Assembly (NCBI GenBank): GCA_963732385.1
Contig: CAVSZB010000007.1
Span: forward strand, 1,440,001 to 1,504,000
Origin: an uncultured bacterium
GTDB taxonomy: Bacteria; Krumholzibacteriota; Krumholzibacteriia; LZORAL124-64-63
Direction: 5' to 3'
Length of the DNA: 64,000 nucleotides
Positions within the stretch are counted from its first letter, which is position 1, and every line of letters begins with the position of its first letter. This document shows positions 40,283-52,300 of the stretch, piece by piece. The translations under genes were made by a program, and so were the position numbers. The notes beneath the pieces were generated by a model. The model made no database searches. It saw only the letters and a list, made by a program, of their open reading frames with translations, and was not told the DNA's origin.

Positions 40283-40419
40283 CCCGATCTCCTCGTTTCC
40301 GTCGCCGGGCGAAGTGTGGTGTTTGCCTCTCGACAGGCCTACTATTAATAGCAGACGTCGCGGTCCCCGCGCATCGCAAAGGGGGACCGCCCGCGAAATC
40401 GCCGCCCCGGAAGGACGTC

Positions 40420-43374
40420 ATGACCCGATTCCTGCGATTCCCCGTTCTGCGTATGCCCAGGCTGGTGCCCCGGCTTCGGCCGGCCGCCATCCGCGTTGTC
40501 GTCGTCTGCGGGGCCTGCATTGCCTGTCTCCTTGCCGCCGTCCCGCTGTCGGCGGGACCCTCGGGCGACCGCGCCCTGCCACCCGCCACCGTGATCGCCC
40601 TGCAGACCGCCGCCCCGACCGGACGCCTCGTGCTGAAGCTGCGCGCCGATTCCGGCCTGATCTCGGGCGACGCTGGACCGGTGGCGCGGACCGCCACCTT
40701 GCCTGCCCCGGGTGCCGCCGCCCCGCTCAACGGGGCACTCGACCGGCTCGGGGCGCTGGTGGCGCGGACCTGTCCCGGCGCGCGCTGGCAGCGGCATTTC
40801 TCCCTGCCGCCCGCAGCCCTCGACGCGCTGCGCGCCCGCGCGCAGAGCCGGGCAACCCTGCCCGACCTGAACCTCTGGGCGCGGCTCGACCCTCCGCAGC
40901 CGACCCCCGACCGTGCGGCCCTGCTGGCGATGGTGAAAGCGCTGCTGGCCGACCCCGCCGTGGAAACGGCATTTCTCGAGCCGGCCGTGGTGCCGGCGGC
41001 GCTCGGCTTCGACGCCTTCACCGGCCGGTTCACGCCACCCACGCCCGCGCCCGCGCCCGGCTTTGCCGAGTCCGGCCCGACGACGGCCGCGCGCGCGCCG
41101 GCCGACACGCCCGACCTCACCAACGGCCAGGGGTACCTTGCCGACGCGCCGCTCGGCGTCGGCGCCCTCGCGGTAGCCGGACTGCCCGCCGCGCGCGGCG
41201 CCGGCGTGACCCTGATCGACATCGAGGGAGCGTGGCTCTGGACTCATGAGGATCTTACGGCGCCAATAGCCACGTTCGGCACGCCGTTCGACGAGCTGTC
41301 GTGGCGCAACCACGGCACGGCGGTGCTCGGCGAGCTGCGCGGGTCGGACAACGGTTTCGGCGTGCGCGGCATCGCGCCAGACTGCGCGATCGGCGCCGCC
41401 TCGGTGCGCGATCTCTCCGTGCCCGATGCCCTCGCGCAGGCGGCCGGGCAACTCGCCCCCGGCGATATCATCCTCATCGAGTTGCAGGCCCCCGGTCCGT
41501 TCTCCAACGGCGCCGGCCAGTACGGCTACCTCCCGCTCGAATTCTGGCAGGACATCTTCGAGGCGATCCGACTTGTGACCGCCACCGGCATCATCGTCTG
41601 CGAAGCGGCCGGCAACGGGCAGCAGGATCTCGACGACCCGCGCTACGCCGGCCTGTTCGACCGTACACGGCGCGATTCCGGCGCCATCATGTGCGGCGCC
41701 GGCGACGGCAGCACCGCCTGGCCTGCGTGGTTCTCGAACAGCGGGAGCCGCCTCGACCTGCGCGGCTGGGGCTCGGCCGTGATCACCTGCGGCTACGGCG
41801 CCCTGCAGGGGGGGCCGCTGCCGGAAACCGCCTGGTACACGAACGACTTCAACGGCACTTCGAGCGCCACCCCGATGGTGGCCGGCGCGGTGGCGGCACT
41901 GCAGGGCATGGCGCGGGCAGCCTGGGGCTTTTCCCTCGACGCCCCGCTGGCGCGCCACCTCCTGAGCACAACCGGCACGCCGCAACTGGAGGGGAAGCGG
42001 ATCGGCGTCCTGCCAGACCTCGTCGCCGCCCGCGCCGCGGCGCTCGCCGGGCTGGGCCGCGTGGCAGGAACCGTCACCGACGCCGACTCCGGCGCCCCGC
42101 TCGAAACGGTCGAAGTGCGGGTGTTGGAGACAGGTGGGTCCTATCTCTCCGACGCCACGGGCGGCTACGCCTTTCCGCTCACCGTCGGCAGCTACACGCT
42201 CAGCTTCGCCGACTTCTTCCACGCCACGACCACGCGCACGATCGCGATCACCACCGGTGACCCGCTCGCGGCGCACTTCGCGCTCCCGCGCCTGCCGACC
42301 GTCACGCTCTTTGGGCGGATCTACGGCGCCTCCGGCGAATCGCTCGGCGGCGCCCGGGTCACGCCGCTGTCCGTGCCGCTCGCCTCCGGCACCGCCGGTG
42401 ACGACGGCCGCTTCGCGCTGCCCGGCGTCCCCGTGGACCGTTCGTACACGCTGCTGTTCGACGGCCATCCGGGGCACGGCGCCGCGGTGCGCGAGCTGAC
42501 CCTCCTGCCCGGCGCCTCCGGATCGGTGGGGCTCTTCGCGGAGTTGCCGCCAGCCGACATCACCTTCGACGCCGACGACGGCGGCTTCGTCCCGCTGTCC
42601 CCGCTCTGGAGCTGGGGCGAGCCGGCCCGCGAGATCGGTCCCCGGGGCGGCTTCGACGGCGGGCACTGCTGGGGGATCGGCATGCTGGCCGACTACCCGG
42701 ACTTGCAGTGGTCGACCCTGACCAGTCCGCCCCGCAATTTTTCCACCGCCCCCGCCCTGCTGCTGAGCCTGCACTACTGGAGCGAGACCGAGACCGGATT
42801 CGACGGGGTGAAACTGCAGGCCACGCGCGACTCGCTCTGGTCCAACGTTTCGCCGCTCAACCCCTACACCGACCGGACGCTGGCCGGCCTCGCCTACCGT
42901 CCCGGCTGGTCGGGTCACAGCGACGGCTGGCGCGGCGCCGTCTTCGACCTGACCGCATTCCGCAGCCCGACCTTCCGTTTCCGGCTCGCCTTCGGCTCGG
43001 ACGCCAGCATCACCGGCGGCGGCTTCTGGATCGACGATGTCACTTTCGACCTCGGGACCGCCACCCCCGACCCGTACTCCGGCTGGCCGCCGCCGCGGCC
43101 CGGACCGCAGTTGCGCGCCTGGCCCAGCCCGTTCAACCCGGCCGCGACCATCGCGTGGCGGAGCGCCGTCCCCGGACCGCTGCGCGTCACGGTCTACGAT
43201 CTGCGGGGCCGTGCCGTCCGCACGCTGTGGGACGGGCCGGCCGCCGCGGCGGGGACGCTCACCTGGGACGGAACGGACGACGCCGCCCGCCAGGCGGCGA
43301 GCGGCGTCTATCTGGTCCGGCTGCGCGACGTGCGGGGCGACGGCGCCATCGTGCGCCTCGTCCTGGCGCGCTAG
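40420..43374 (+). CDS. Secreted S8 protease with carboxypeptidase-regulatory-like Ig domains, jelly-roll and FlgD-Ig CTD
   Basis: DIEG.W...HEDL, HGTAVLG, AAGNG, NGTSSATP; GTVTD..SGAPL; WPSPFNP CTD. Confidence 0.88.
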   Translation: MTRFLRFPVLRMPRLVPRLRPAAIRVVVVCGACIACLLAAVPLSAGPSGDRALPPATVIALQTAAPTGRLVLKLRADSGLISGDAGPVARTATLPAPGAAAPLNGALDRLGALVARTCPGARWQRHFSLPPAALDALRARAQSRATLPDLNLWARLDPPQPTPDRAALLAMVKALLADPAVETAFLEPAVVPAALGFDAFTGRFTPPTPAPAPGFAESGPTTAARAPADTPDLTNGQGYLADAPLGVGALAVAGLPAARGAGVTLIDIEGAWLWTHEDLTAPIATFGTPFDELSWRNHGTAVLGELRGSDNGFGVRGIAPDCAIGAASVRDLSVPDALAQAAGQLAPGDIILIELQAPGPFSNGAGQYGYLPLEFWQDIFEAIRLVTATGIIVCEAAGNGQQDLDDPRYAGLFDRTRRDSGAIMCGAGDGSTAWPAWFSNSGSRLDLRGWGSAVITCGYGALQGGPLPETAWYTNDFNGTSSATPMVAGAVAALQGMARAAWGFSLDAPLARHLLSTTGTPQLEGKRIGVLPDLVAARAAALAGLGRVAGTVTDADSGAPLETVEVRVLETGGSYLSDATGGYAFPLTVGSYTLSFADFFHATTTRTIAITTGDPLAAHFALPRLPTVTLFGRIYGASGESLGGARVTPLSVPLASGTAGDDGRFALPGVPVDRSYTLLFDGHPGHGAAVRELTLLPGASGSVGLFAELPPADITFDADDGGFVPLSPLWSWGEPAREIGPRGGFDGGHCWGIGMLADYPDLQWSTLTSPPRNFSTAPALLLSLHYWSETETGFDGVKLQATRDSLWSNVSPLNPYTDRTLAGLAYRPGWSGHSDGWRGAVFDLTAFRSPTFRFRLAFGSDASITGGGFWIDDVTFDLGTATPDPYSGWPPPRPGPQLRAWPSPFNPAATIAWRSAVPGPLRVTVYDLRGRAVRTLWDGPAAAAGTLTWDGTDDAARQAASGVYLVRLRDVRGDGAIVRLVLAR

Positions 43375-43375
43375 G

Positions 43376-44734
43376 TCAATCCTCGCCCGCAGCCAGCGGC
43401 CGCAGCACGTACGACCGGACCTGCCCGTCGGGCGTGTGCAGCACCAGCGGGATTGGCAGCGACCCGCCCAGCGCCGCCCGGATCGGCCGCAGGTCGAACA
43501 TCAGATCCTGCGTGAACCAGGCCTGGCACATCTCACCCAGTCCGTCGTGCTTCAGGATCAGGTGCGCGACCGGCAGCGGGGACATCTCCGGCCCCTGCTG
43601 CCAGTAGAGCTGGAACGGGTGGTCCGCCTGGCAGCCGCTGAATCCGACCGCAAGACGCATGACGATGCCGGTCACCCCCGACTCCCCGAGCATATAAGGA
43701 TCACCGGGCAGCGAGTCGAATGGCGCCGTCGTGTGCAGGACCGGCGGGAGACTGTCGTCTTCGGCAACCAGGAAGACGCCGAAATGCGCGTCGCGGAAGC
43801 TGATCGGACGTCCGTCCGGCCCCGGCGTCAGCAACACCGTGAGCGGATTGGGCGTCGTGAAAATCGGCTCCGGCCGGTCCTCCGGATCGTCGGTCCCGTC
43901 GTCGCCATCATCACAGTCTTCATGATCCTCGAGCACCGGATCTGTGGTCGGCCGGCCGAACGGCCAATACTGCAGCGTGTAGAGCCCGGCCTGCCAGACC
44001 GGCAGCGTGTAGCGCCCCTCATGGTCCGGCCGGACCGCCAGCGCAAAGCCGTCCGGACCGGTCGCGCCGATGATCCCGTGGGGAATCGGCAACTCGTCGG
44101 GCTGGAGCAGGCCGTCCTGGTTCGCGTCCAGGAAACAGCGGCCCGCGACGACCGGCAGGCCCGGCACCAGGCCGAACTCGGCGCGCGCGCCGAACGCGAA
44201 GCCGGTCAGACCGGGCACGTGGAAGCGCCAGGTCCGCGAATCCGAAGTCTCGCCCGCCGCCAGCACCGGATCGCCCCCGAGGAGTTGTGTGTAGTCGAAA
44301 CCGTACCGCTCGCGCGGCGGCGGCGGCAGGGTGGCGCTGGTATCGGGCAGGCCCGGCACGACATCGGCGTTGAGCACCGTCACGCCGTCCGGACGCAGGC
44401 CGTACAGCCAGACCATCGCCGGGGCGAAGAGCGGCTGCTCGCCGGCGTTGCGGATCGCCACGTCGAGGGAGACCACCTCGGCGGCCACGTCCACCTGCAG
44501 GTTGCTGCCGATCAGTTCCAAGCGGATCGGCGCCCGGTCGGGCAGCGTCTGGTCGAGCTCCTGGAGCACGAACGTGCCCTCTCCAGGGTCCAGGTCGCCC
44601 GAGAGCAGTGCAACGCCCTGATCATCGGCCGGGGCGCCCGGTCCCGCGTTGTCGGAGCAGCCGGCCAGCGCCAGGGCAAACAGCCCCAGACCGAGCGCGA
44701 GCCCGCGCCGCGTGGGCAGAGGAAGCGACGACAT
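43376..44734 (-). CDS. Lipoprotein with SdrD-B/Cna-B-like domain
   Basis: RBS AGGAGG; lipobox LALAGC; G..FLDANQDG..QPDE.PI; acidic linker. Confidence 0.7.
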   Translation of the reverse strand: MSSLPLPTRRGLALGLGLFALALAGCSDNAGPGAPADDQGVALLSGDLDPGEGTFVLQELDQTLPDRAPIRLELIGSNLQVDVAAEVVSLDVAIRNAGEQPLFAPAMVWLYGLRPDGVTVLNADVVPGLPDTSATLPPPPRERYGFDYTQLLGGDPVLAAGETSDSRTWRFHVPGLTGFAFGARAEFGLVPGLPVVAGRCFLDANQDGLLQPDELPIPHGIIGATGPDGFALAVRPDHEGRYTLPVWQAGLYTLQYWPFGRPTTDPVLEDHEDCDDGDDGTDDPEDRPEPIFTTPNPLTVLLTPGPDGRPISFRDAHFGVFLVAEDDSLPPVLHTTAPFDSLPGDPYMLGESGVTGIVMRLAVGFSGCQADHPFQLYWQQGPEMSPLPVAHLILKHDGLGEMCQAWFTQDLMFDLRPIRAALGGSLPIPLVLHTPDGQVRSYVLRPLAAGED

Positions 44735-44993
44735 GACAAGAACCTCCTGTGCAGGAGCCAGCCGGAAGGGGCCATTCTCAGGGGGTAACGGACATCGCCC
44801 GGCCGTGGGGTCCCCGTGTGATCGAAAATACCACAATTCGGGTCCTGGCGGCGGAATATCCTCACCCCGCCACGCCACCGCGGCCACCCCGACCGACCGT
44901 TTGCGCCTGCACCCTCGCACCGTCGCGCGAGATGCCCTATCTTTCAGCCCGATCCTGGGCTGCTCCTATCTCCCCCGTCCGGAGGTGTGCTCC

Positions 44994-47075
<2,082 letters not shown>

Positions 47076-47122
47076 CGCTTCGTTCCACGCCTTACCGCAA
47101 GTCTGCCAGAAGGAGAACGTTC

Positions 47123-49972
47123 ATGACGAACCCAACCAACCGCAGGCCGGGCCCCACGCCGCGTTTCGCCACCCTGGCGACGCCGGCGCTGCTGGCCGTT
47201 CTGCTCGCCGCCGCGTGGGCGCTGCCCGCCACCGCGGCGAAGGAGGCCCAGGCTCCCGTGGTCGATCTGAAATTCGAGAAATACACCCTCCCCAACGGGC
47301 TCGACGTCATCCTGCGCCGCGATACGCGGCTGCCGCTGGTGGCCGTGAACATCTGGTATCACGTCGGACCCGCCAACGAGGAGGCCGGCCGCACCGGCTT
47401 CGCGCACCTCTTCGAGCACATGATGTTCCAGGCCTCCGGTCACGTGCCGGAGGATCACTACTTTTCCATCCTCGAAGGAGCCGGCTCCTCGTTCATCAAC
47501 GGCTCGACCGACTTCGACCGCACGAACTACCTCGAAGACGTGCCTTCGAACCAGCTCGAGACCGCCCTGTGGCTCGAGAGCGACCGCATGGGCTTCCTGC
47601 TCGACCGGCTCGACGCGCAGATGCTGGCGCGCCAGCAGGAGGTCGTGCGCAACGAACGGCGCCAGGGGGTGGAGAACCAGCCGTACGGCCTGGTCGATGA
47701 GGCGCTGTACCACCTCCTCTTCCCCGCGGGTCACCCGTACTATGCGAACGTGATCGGCTCGCACGACGACATCCAGGCGGCCACGCCCGAGGACGTGCGC
47801 GAGTTCTTCCGCCGCTACTACGCCCCGAACAACGCCAGCCTCGTCATCGTCGGCGACATCGATGTGGCGCAAACGAAAGCGCTGGTGGAGAAGTATTTCG
47901 CCACGATCGCGCGCGGCCGGCCGGTGCCGCCGATCACGGCGGTCACCCCGCCCATCACGAGCGAGCGCCGACAGATCGTCACCGACAAGGTCGAGCTGCC
48001 GCGCGTCTACCTGGCCTGGCTGACGGCGCCCTTCTACAAGCCGGGCGACGCCGAGGCCGACGTCGCCTCGCGCATCCTCGCCGGCGGCAAGGCAAGCCGT
48101 CTCTACAAGAGCCTCGTCTACGAACAGAAGATCGCGCAAAGCGTGAGCGCGCGGCAGCAGTCGCTGGCGCTCGGCTCCATCTTCCAGATCACCGCCACCG
48201 CCAAGCCGGGCCACACCGCCGAGGAGATCGAGCGCGCCATCGACGTGGAGCTGGCGAAGCTGGCTGCCGAAGGACCGACCGCGGCCGAGATCACCGCGGC
48301 GCGCAACATGATCTGGACCGCCGCCGTCACCTCGCTCGAGAACTTCGGCGCCTTCAGCGGCGTGGCCGACCGTCTCAACCAGTACAACCACTACCTCGGC
48401 GATCCGGATCGGCTGAACTGGGACCTCGCCCGCTACGAAACCATCACCCCGGACGCGATCCGGGCGTTCGCCGCCAACGAGTTGCGGCGCGACCGGCGCG
48501 TCGTCGTTTACGGCGTGCCGGGCGAGCAGGTCGTGCCGCCCGGTCCGCCCGCCCCCGCCTCCCCGCCGCCGCCCACCGAGCCGGTCGTCTCGGCCGAGCC
48601 GTGGCGCGACACCCAGCCGGTGCCGGGACCGGCGTCGCTGGCCCCGCTGCCGGCGGCGAAGCGCTTCACGCTCGCCAACGGCCTGCCGGTCTACCTGGTC
48701 GAGGCCCACGACCTGCCGGTCGTGGCGGCGCACCTGGTCGTGCGCGCCGGCAGCGCCGCCGACCCTGCCGGACGCAGCGGGCTGGCCGGCTTCGCCGCCG
48801 CCATGCTTGACGAGGGGGCCGGCGGGCGCGATGCGCTCGGCATCTCCCGCGAACTCGAGGCCAACGGCGCCAGCCTCTTCACGAACGGCGCCGCCGACGG
48901 CAGCTACGTCTCGGGCGTCTCCCTGCAGCAGAACGCCGGCGCGTTGATGGATATCATGTCCGACGTCGTGCTGCGCCCCACCTTCCCGGTCGGCGAGGTC
49001 GATCGCGTGCGCAACGACCGCCTGACCACGCTGCTGCAGCAGCGCGACAACCCGTTCCAGATCGCCATCCGCGTCCTGCCGCTGTTGGCCTACGGAGAAA
49101 AACATCCGTACGGCCACTCCTCGCTGGGCGACGAGACTTCGATCAAGGCGATCTCCCGCGATGATCTCGAGTCGTTCTACCGCGGCACCTTTGCCCCGGC
49201 CAACGCCGCGCTCGTCTTCGCGGGCGATCTTACAGTGGTTCAGGCTCGCGCGCTGGCGGAGAAAGCGTTCGGCGCCTGGAGCGGCCGGGCCGCCGCCGTC
49301 GTGCGTCCGGGGGCGCCTTCGCCGCTGCCGCAGCGGCTCGCGCTCGTGGACAAGCCGGGCGCCACGCAGACGGCCGTCCTCTTCGGCCAGGTCACGATCC
49401 CACGCGACGATCCCGACTTCGAATCGATCTACGTCATGAACATGGTCCTCGGCTCGCTCTTCTCGAGCCGTCTCAACATGAACCTGCGCGAGGACAAGGG
49501 GATCACCTACGGCGCGTTCTCGACGCAGCTGGAGCGGCGCGGCGCGGCCCCCCTGTTCGGCGGCGCCATGGTTCAGGCCGACAAGACCGGCCTCGCCGTA
49601 AGCGAATCTTTCAAAGAGCTGCGCGGCATGCTCGCCGCGGAGATGACCCCGCAGGAGCTGACCCTCGCGCGCGACGCCATCGTCCGCGCCCTGCCGGCCT
49701 CCTTCGAGACGACGGCCAGCACGGTCGGTTCGATCGGCAACCTGTTCCTGTACGACCAGCCGCCCGACTATTTCCAGACGCTGCCGGCGCGACTGGCGAA
49801 GCTGAGCGCCGCCGAGATCCTGGCAGCCACGCGACGCCACCTCGATCCGGCACTGATGCGCGTGGTGCTGGTGGGCGACCGCAGTGTCATCGAGCCGCAG
49901 CTCGGCGACCTCGATCTCGGCGCGCCGGCGGTGTTCGACGCCGACGGCAAGCCGCTCGACGGCGGGCGTTGA
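47123..49972 (+). CDS. Fused single-chain M16B zinc peptidase (PqqL-like)
   Basis: RBS AAGGAG; signal peptide; AHLFEHMMF; second half with LREDKGITYG. Confidence 0.92.
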   Translation: MTNPTNRRPGPTPRFATLATPALLAVLLAAAWALPATAAKEAQAPVVDLKFEKYTLPNGLDVILRRDTRLPLVAVNIWYHVGPANEEAGRTGFAHLFEHMMFQASGHVPEDHYFSILEGAGSSFINGSTDFDRTNYLEDVPSNQLETALWLESDRMGFLLDRLDAQMLARQQEVVRNERRQGVENQPYGLVDEALYHLLFPAGHPYYANVIGSHDDIQAATPEDVREFFRRYYAPNNASLVIVGDIDVAQTKALVEKYFATIARGRPVPPITAVTPPITSERRQIVTDKVELPRVYLAWLTAPFYKPGDAEADVASRILAGGKASRLYKSLVYEQKIAQSVSARQQSLALGSIFQITATAKPGHTAEEIERAIDVELAKLAAEGPTAAEITAARNMIWTAAVTSLENFGAFSGVADRLNQYNHYLGDPDRLNWDLARYETITPDAIRAFAANELRRDRRVVVYGVPGEQVVPPGPPAPASPPPPTEPVVSAEPWRDTQPVPGPASLAPLPAAKRFTLANGLPVYLVEAHDLPVVAAHLVVRAGSAADPAGRSGLAGFAAAMLDEGAGGRDALGISRELEANGASLFTNGAADGSYVSGVSLQQNAGALMDIMSDVVLRPTFPVGEVDRVRNDRLTTLLQQRDNPFQIAIRVLPLLAYGEKHPYGHSSLGDETSIKAISRDDLESFYRGTFAPANAALVFAGDLTVVQARALAEKAFGAWSGRAAAVVRPGAPSPLPQRLALVDKPGATQTAVLFGQVTIPRDDPDFESIYVMNMVLGSLFSSRLNMNLREDKGITYGAFSTQLERRGAAPLFGGAMVQADKTGLAVSESFKELRGMLAAEMTPQELTLARDAIVRALPASFETTASTVGSIGNLFLYDQPPDYFQTLPARLAKLSAAEILAATRRHLDPALMRVVLVGDRSVIEPQLGDLDLGAPAVFDADGKPLDGGR

Positions 49973-49992
49973 CGCCCATCACGACGGTGCAC

Positions 49993-50030
49993 GGGCGCCC
50001 GGGGGCTCGGCCTCCGGGCGCCCCCGTTTT
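49993..50030 (+). terminator. Intrinsic terminator
   Basis: GGGCGCCCGG.../...CCGGGCGCCC stem followed by CCGTTTT. Confidence 0.7.
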
Positions 50031-50097
50031 CGTGCGCAGGGGAACTGTTCCCCGCGCGTTGGGTTAGAATCATCTTCCCCCCCATGGAAGGAGCACC

Positions 50098-50934
50098 ATG
50101 CTAATCCGCGCTACATCGCGGGCCGCGGACCCACGCGCCGTTTGTATCGTTATGGTAGCAACCCTGCTGATCGGCGGCGTGGCCTGCGCCCAGCCCCCCC
50201 GCCCCGCGCCCCCACCCGTGGTCCGGATCAGCCCCCCCCCGCCCCCGGACCCCGGCGCCACCGACTCTCTCTCCCAACCCGACTTCTCCGGAGTCTGGGT
50301 CCTGAACGCGAAGGAGAGCGATGACCCCCGGCCGATCTTCGAGACTTTGATGCCGACCAAGAAGCCTGACGCCGGCAAGGGGCGGAGACCGGGCGCTCGC
50401 CCCGGCGTCGGCGTCCGCGGCAGCAGCAGCGGCGGCCCCGGCATGGGCGGTGGCGGCATGGGTGGTGGCGGCATGGGCGGCGGCGCCGGCCTCGGCGACG
50501 ATCTGAGCGACGGCGACGAGGGAAACACCCGCGAGCGCCCAAACGCCGAAGCCAGGTTCGGCGGCGACGGCCCCGACCCGGCCGCCGCGAGGGCGCGCCA
50601 GGCTTTCGCCACCCGGATGGTCGCCGCATGGCAGCGGCTCCTCATCGCGCAGTCGGGCCCGGAGGTCGAAATCATTGACGGGAGCGAACAGCGGCTCATC
50701 CACGTCCTGGACGGCCAGCGACGCGATCGTCGTTCCACCCGCGCCAACCTGCTCGAAACCGCGCGCTGGGAAGGCGAAACGATGGTGATCACTCTGGAGC
50801 AGGAAGGCCGTCCCGGCATGACCCAGGTCTACCGGCTCGTGCCGGAAGAGAAGCGGCTATACGTGACGCTGCGCATCCCGACGCGCGGCCCGGGCGGCGA
50901 GAAGGTGATCAGGCTGGTTTACGAGTCGGCGTGA
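50098..50934 (+). CDS. Secreted hypothetical protein with Pro-rich and Gly-Met low-complexity segments
   Basis: RBS AAGGAG; signal-like N-terminus; PDFSGVW.LN..ESDD; (GMGGG)3. Confidence 0.7.
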   Translation: MLIRATSRAADPRAVCIVMVATLLIGGVACAQPPRPAPPPVVRISPPPPPDPGATDSLSQPDFSGVWVLNAKESDDPRPIFETLMPTKKPDAGKGRRPGARPGVGVRGSSSGGPGMGGGGMGGGGMGGGAGLGDDLSDGDEGNTRERPNAEARFGGDGPDPAAARARQAFATRMVAAWQRLLIAQSGPEVEIIDGSEQRLIHVLDGQRRDRRSTRANLLETARWEGETMVITLEQEGRPGMTQVYRLVPEEKRLYVTLRIPTRGPGGEKVIRLVYESA

Positions 50935-51003
50935 GGGTATGAGGAGGAGGAGGCAGAAGACGCGCGGGACCGGACGCCAGCGGTCAATCTGGATCGATCC
51001 GTT

Positions 51004-51243
51004 TCATTTCTTTACGTGCCCGCGAGTCACCCGGAAGAACGCCAGAATGGTCATTCCCATCGCCACGAGGAACGGCCAATGCCTGGCGAACACAAAGGCT
51101 TCCCTGCCCCAGTTGCCGGTCAGTCTCAGGATCAGCAACATCGCGCCCACGAAAACGACGATCGTGACCCACCCCTCCCATGAGATGGGCAGCCACGAGT
51201 TGTAGCTCAACCTTCGGAACCAGTATTTCATCTCTTTTTCCAC
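51004..51243 (-). CDS. Small two-TM membrane protein
   Basis: YWF....Y..W.PISWEGW followed by two hydrophobic helices; start may instead be ATG 51231. Confidence 0.6.
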   Translation of the reverse strand: MEKEMKYWFRRLSYNSWLPISWEGWVTIVVFVGAMLLILRLTGNWGREAFVFARHWPFLVAMGMTILAFFRVTRGHVKK

Positions 51244-51258
51244 AAGGCCTTCCCGATC

Positions 51259-51836
51259 CTAGAAGCGCAGGGTCGCGCAGAGCCTGCTCTCGCCGCCCGG
51301 GCCATGGTCGAGACCGAGTTGGATCCGGTCGGACGGGATCGACTGCCACTTCGTCCCCGGCGCAACCAGCGCGCCGACGAGCGCTCCCACGGGGACCAGC
51401 GCCACGGTCAGGATGATGACTGCAGCCCGGTCAGAGAAGAACTGCCATTCATCCGTGTCATCGCTGAAGTCGTCATCGAAAGCCAGCGAGATCAGAAGAC
51501 CGGTCGCCAGCACCGCGCCGCCACCGATCAGCGCTCCCGGTTGCGGCGACCCTGCTGAACATTCAACTCCAGGCCGGAAACGTTCTGCAGCGGCAGCACC
51601 ACCGGAGGCCGGTGGGCCGAAGTTTCCAGCGTGATGTCCGTCGCGGTGAGGTCGAGGAACTTCCCGGTGATCGATTTCGAGATGGTCAGGCCGTTGAATT
51701 CCGGCTCGCCGAGCGTGACGCGGACGCGCGCCCCCCGCTGCAGGATCGGCGCCTCTTGAGCTGACGCTCCCACGGTAGCGAACGTGAGCGCCAGAGACAC
51801 CGTGAGGATCGTCAGGAACGCACCGCCCCTGGGCAT
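51259..51836 (-). pseudogene. Secreted/membrane hypothetical protein interrupted by a 1-bp frameshift at 51536-51538
   Basis: RBS and signal peptide frame stop at RNRER*. One extra G joins it to GALIGGGAVLATG...VGALVGALV..G.KW in the next frame. Confidence 0.7.
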
Positions 51837-51898
51837 GTCGTACTCCCCTCGGCCTGACGACGCCGCGGGCCGCGGTGGCGATCCCTTCGCCCCGGATC

Positions 51899-52204
51899 CT
51901 ACGGGCAACCGTCCACGACATGCAAGCGCGTCATCTGCTGGAGTTGCACGAGCGCCTCTTCCTTCGTGGCCCCCTTGCCCTCCTCATAGACGTCGCCGCG
52001 CCTGGCCTGGGCGATCCAGGTGAGACCCCAGGTCACGGCCCAGCCTTCGTCGCGCATCGACTGCAGCGCCTGGTGGTAGCTGCCGCCGCATTCGCGGGCG
52101 AGGGTGACAATGGTCTGGAACGTGGTGCGCAGGACTTCGAGGTCCTCGGCAGTGGCAGGCATGCCGGCGGGCAGGCGGACCTGGATGGTGTTGTCGTCGG
52201 GCAT
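51899..52204 (-). CDS. Hypothetical protein (101 aa)
   Basis: RBS GGAGG; normal globular composition; C-terminal G.TKEEAL. Confidence 0.7.
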   Translation of the reverse strand: MPDDNTIQVRLPAGMPATAEDLEVLRTTFQTIVTLARECGGSYHQALQSMRDEGWAVTWGLTWIAQARRGDVYEEGKGATKEEALVQLQQMTRLHVVDGCP

Positions 52205-52250
52205 CGGGGAGAGCCTCCGCGCTGGGGGTTGCGGGGGGACCGGGCGGGGG

Positions 52251-52284
52251 CGGGCCGCCGCGCGATCGGGCGCGCGGCGGCCCG
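52251..52284. terminator. 14-bp GC hairpin after kbl (possible terminator or stabiliser)
   Basis: CGGGCCGCCGCGCG/CGCGCGGCGGCCCG; no U-tract on the downstream (minus-strand) side. Confidence 0.5.
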
Positions 52285-52300
52285 GAAAACGGCCCGGGGC

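Noticed and set aside
50232..50484. C9 tract and (GGCATGGGYGGYGGC)3 as phase-variation elements
   Set aside because: They encode poly-Pro and GMGGG linkers in an intact frame, which is ordinary low complexity.
52224..52254. G-rich tract as a G-quadruplex
   Set aside because: Expected by chance at this GC content and overlaps a hairpin arm; no supporting evidence.
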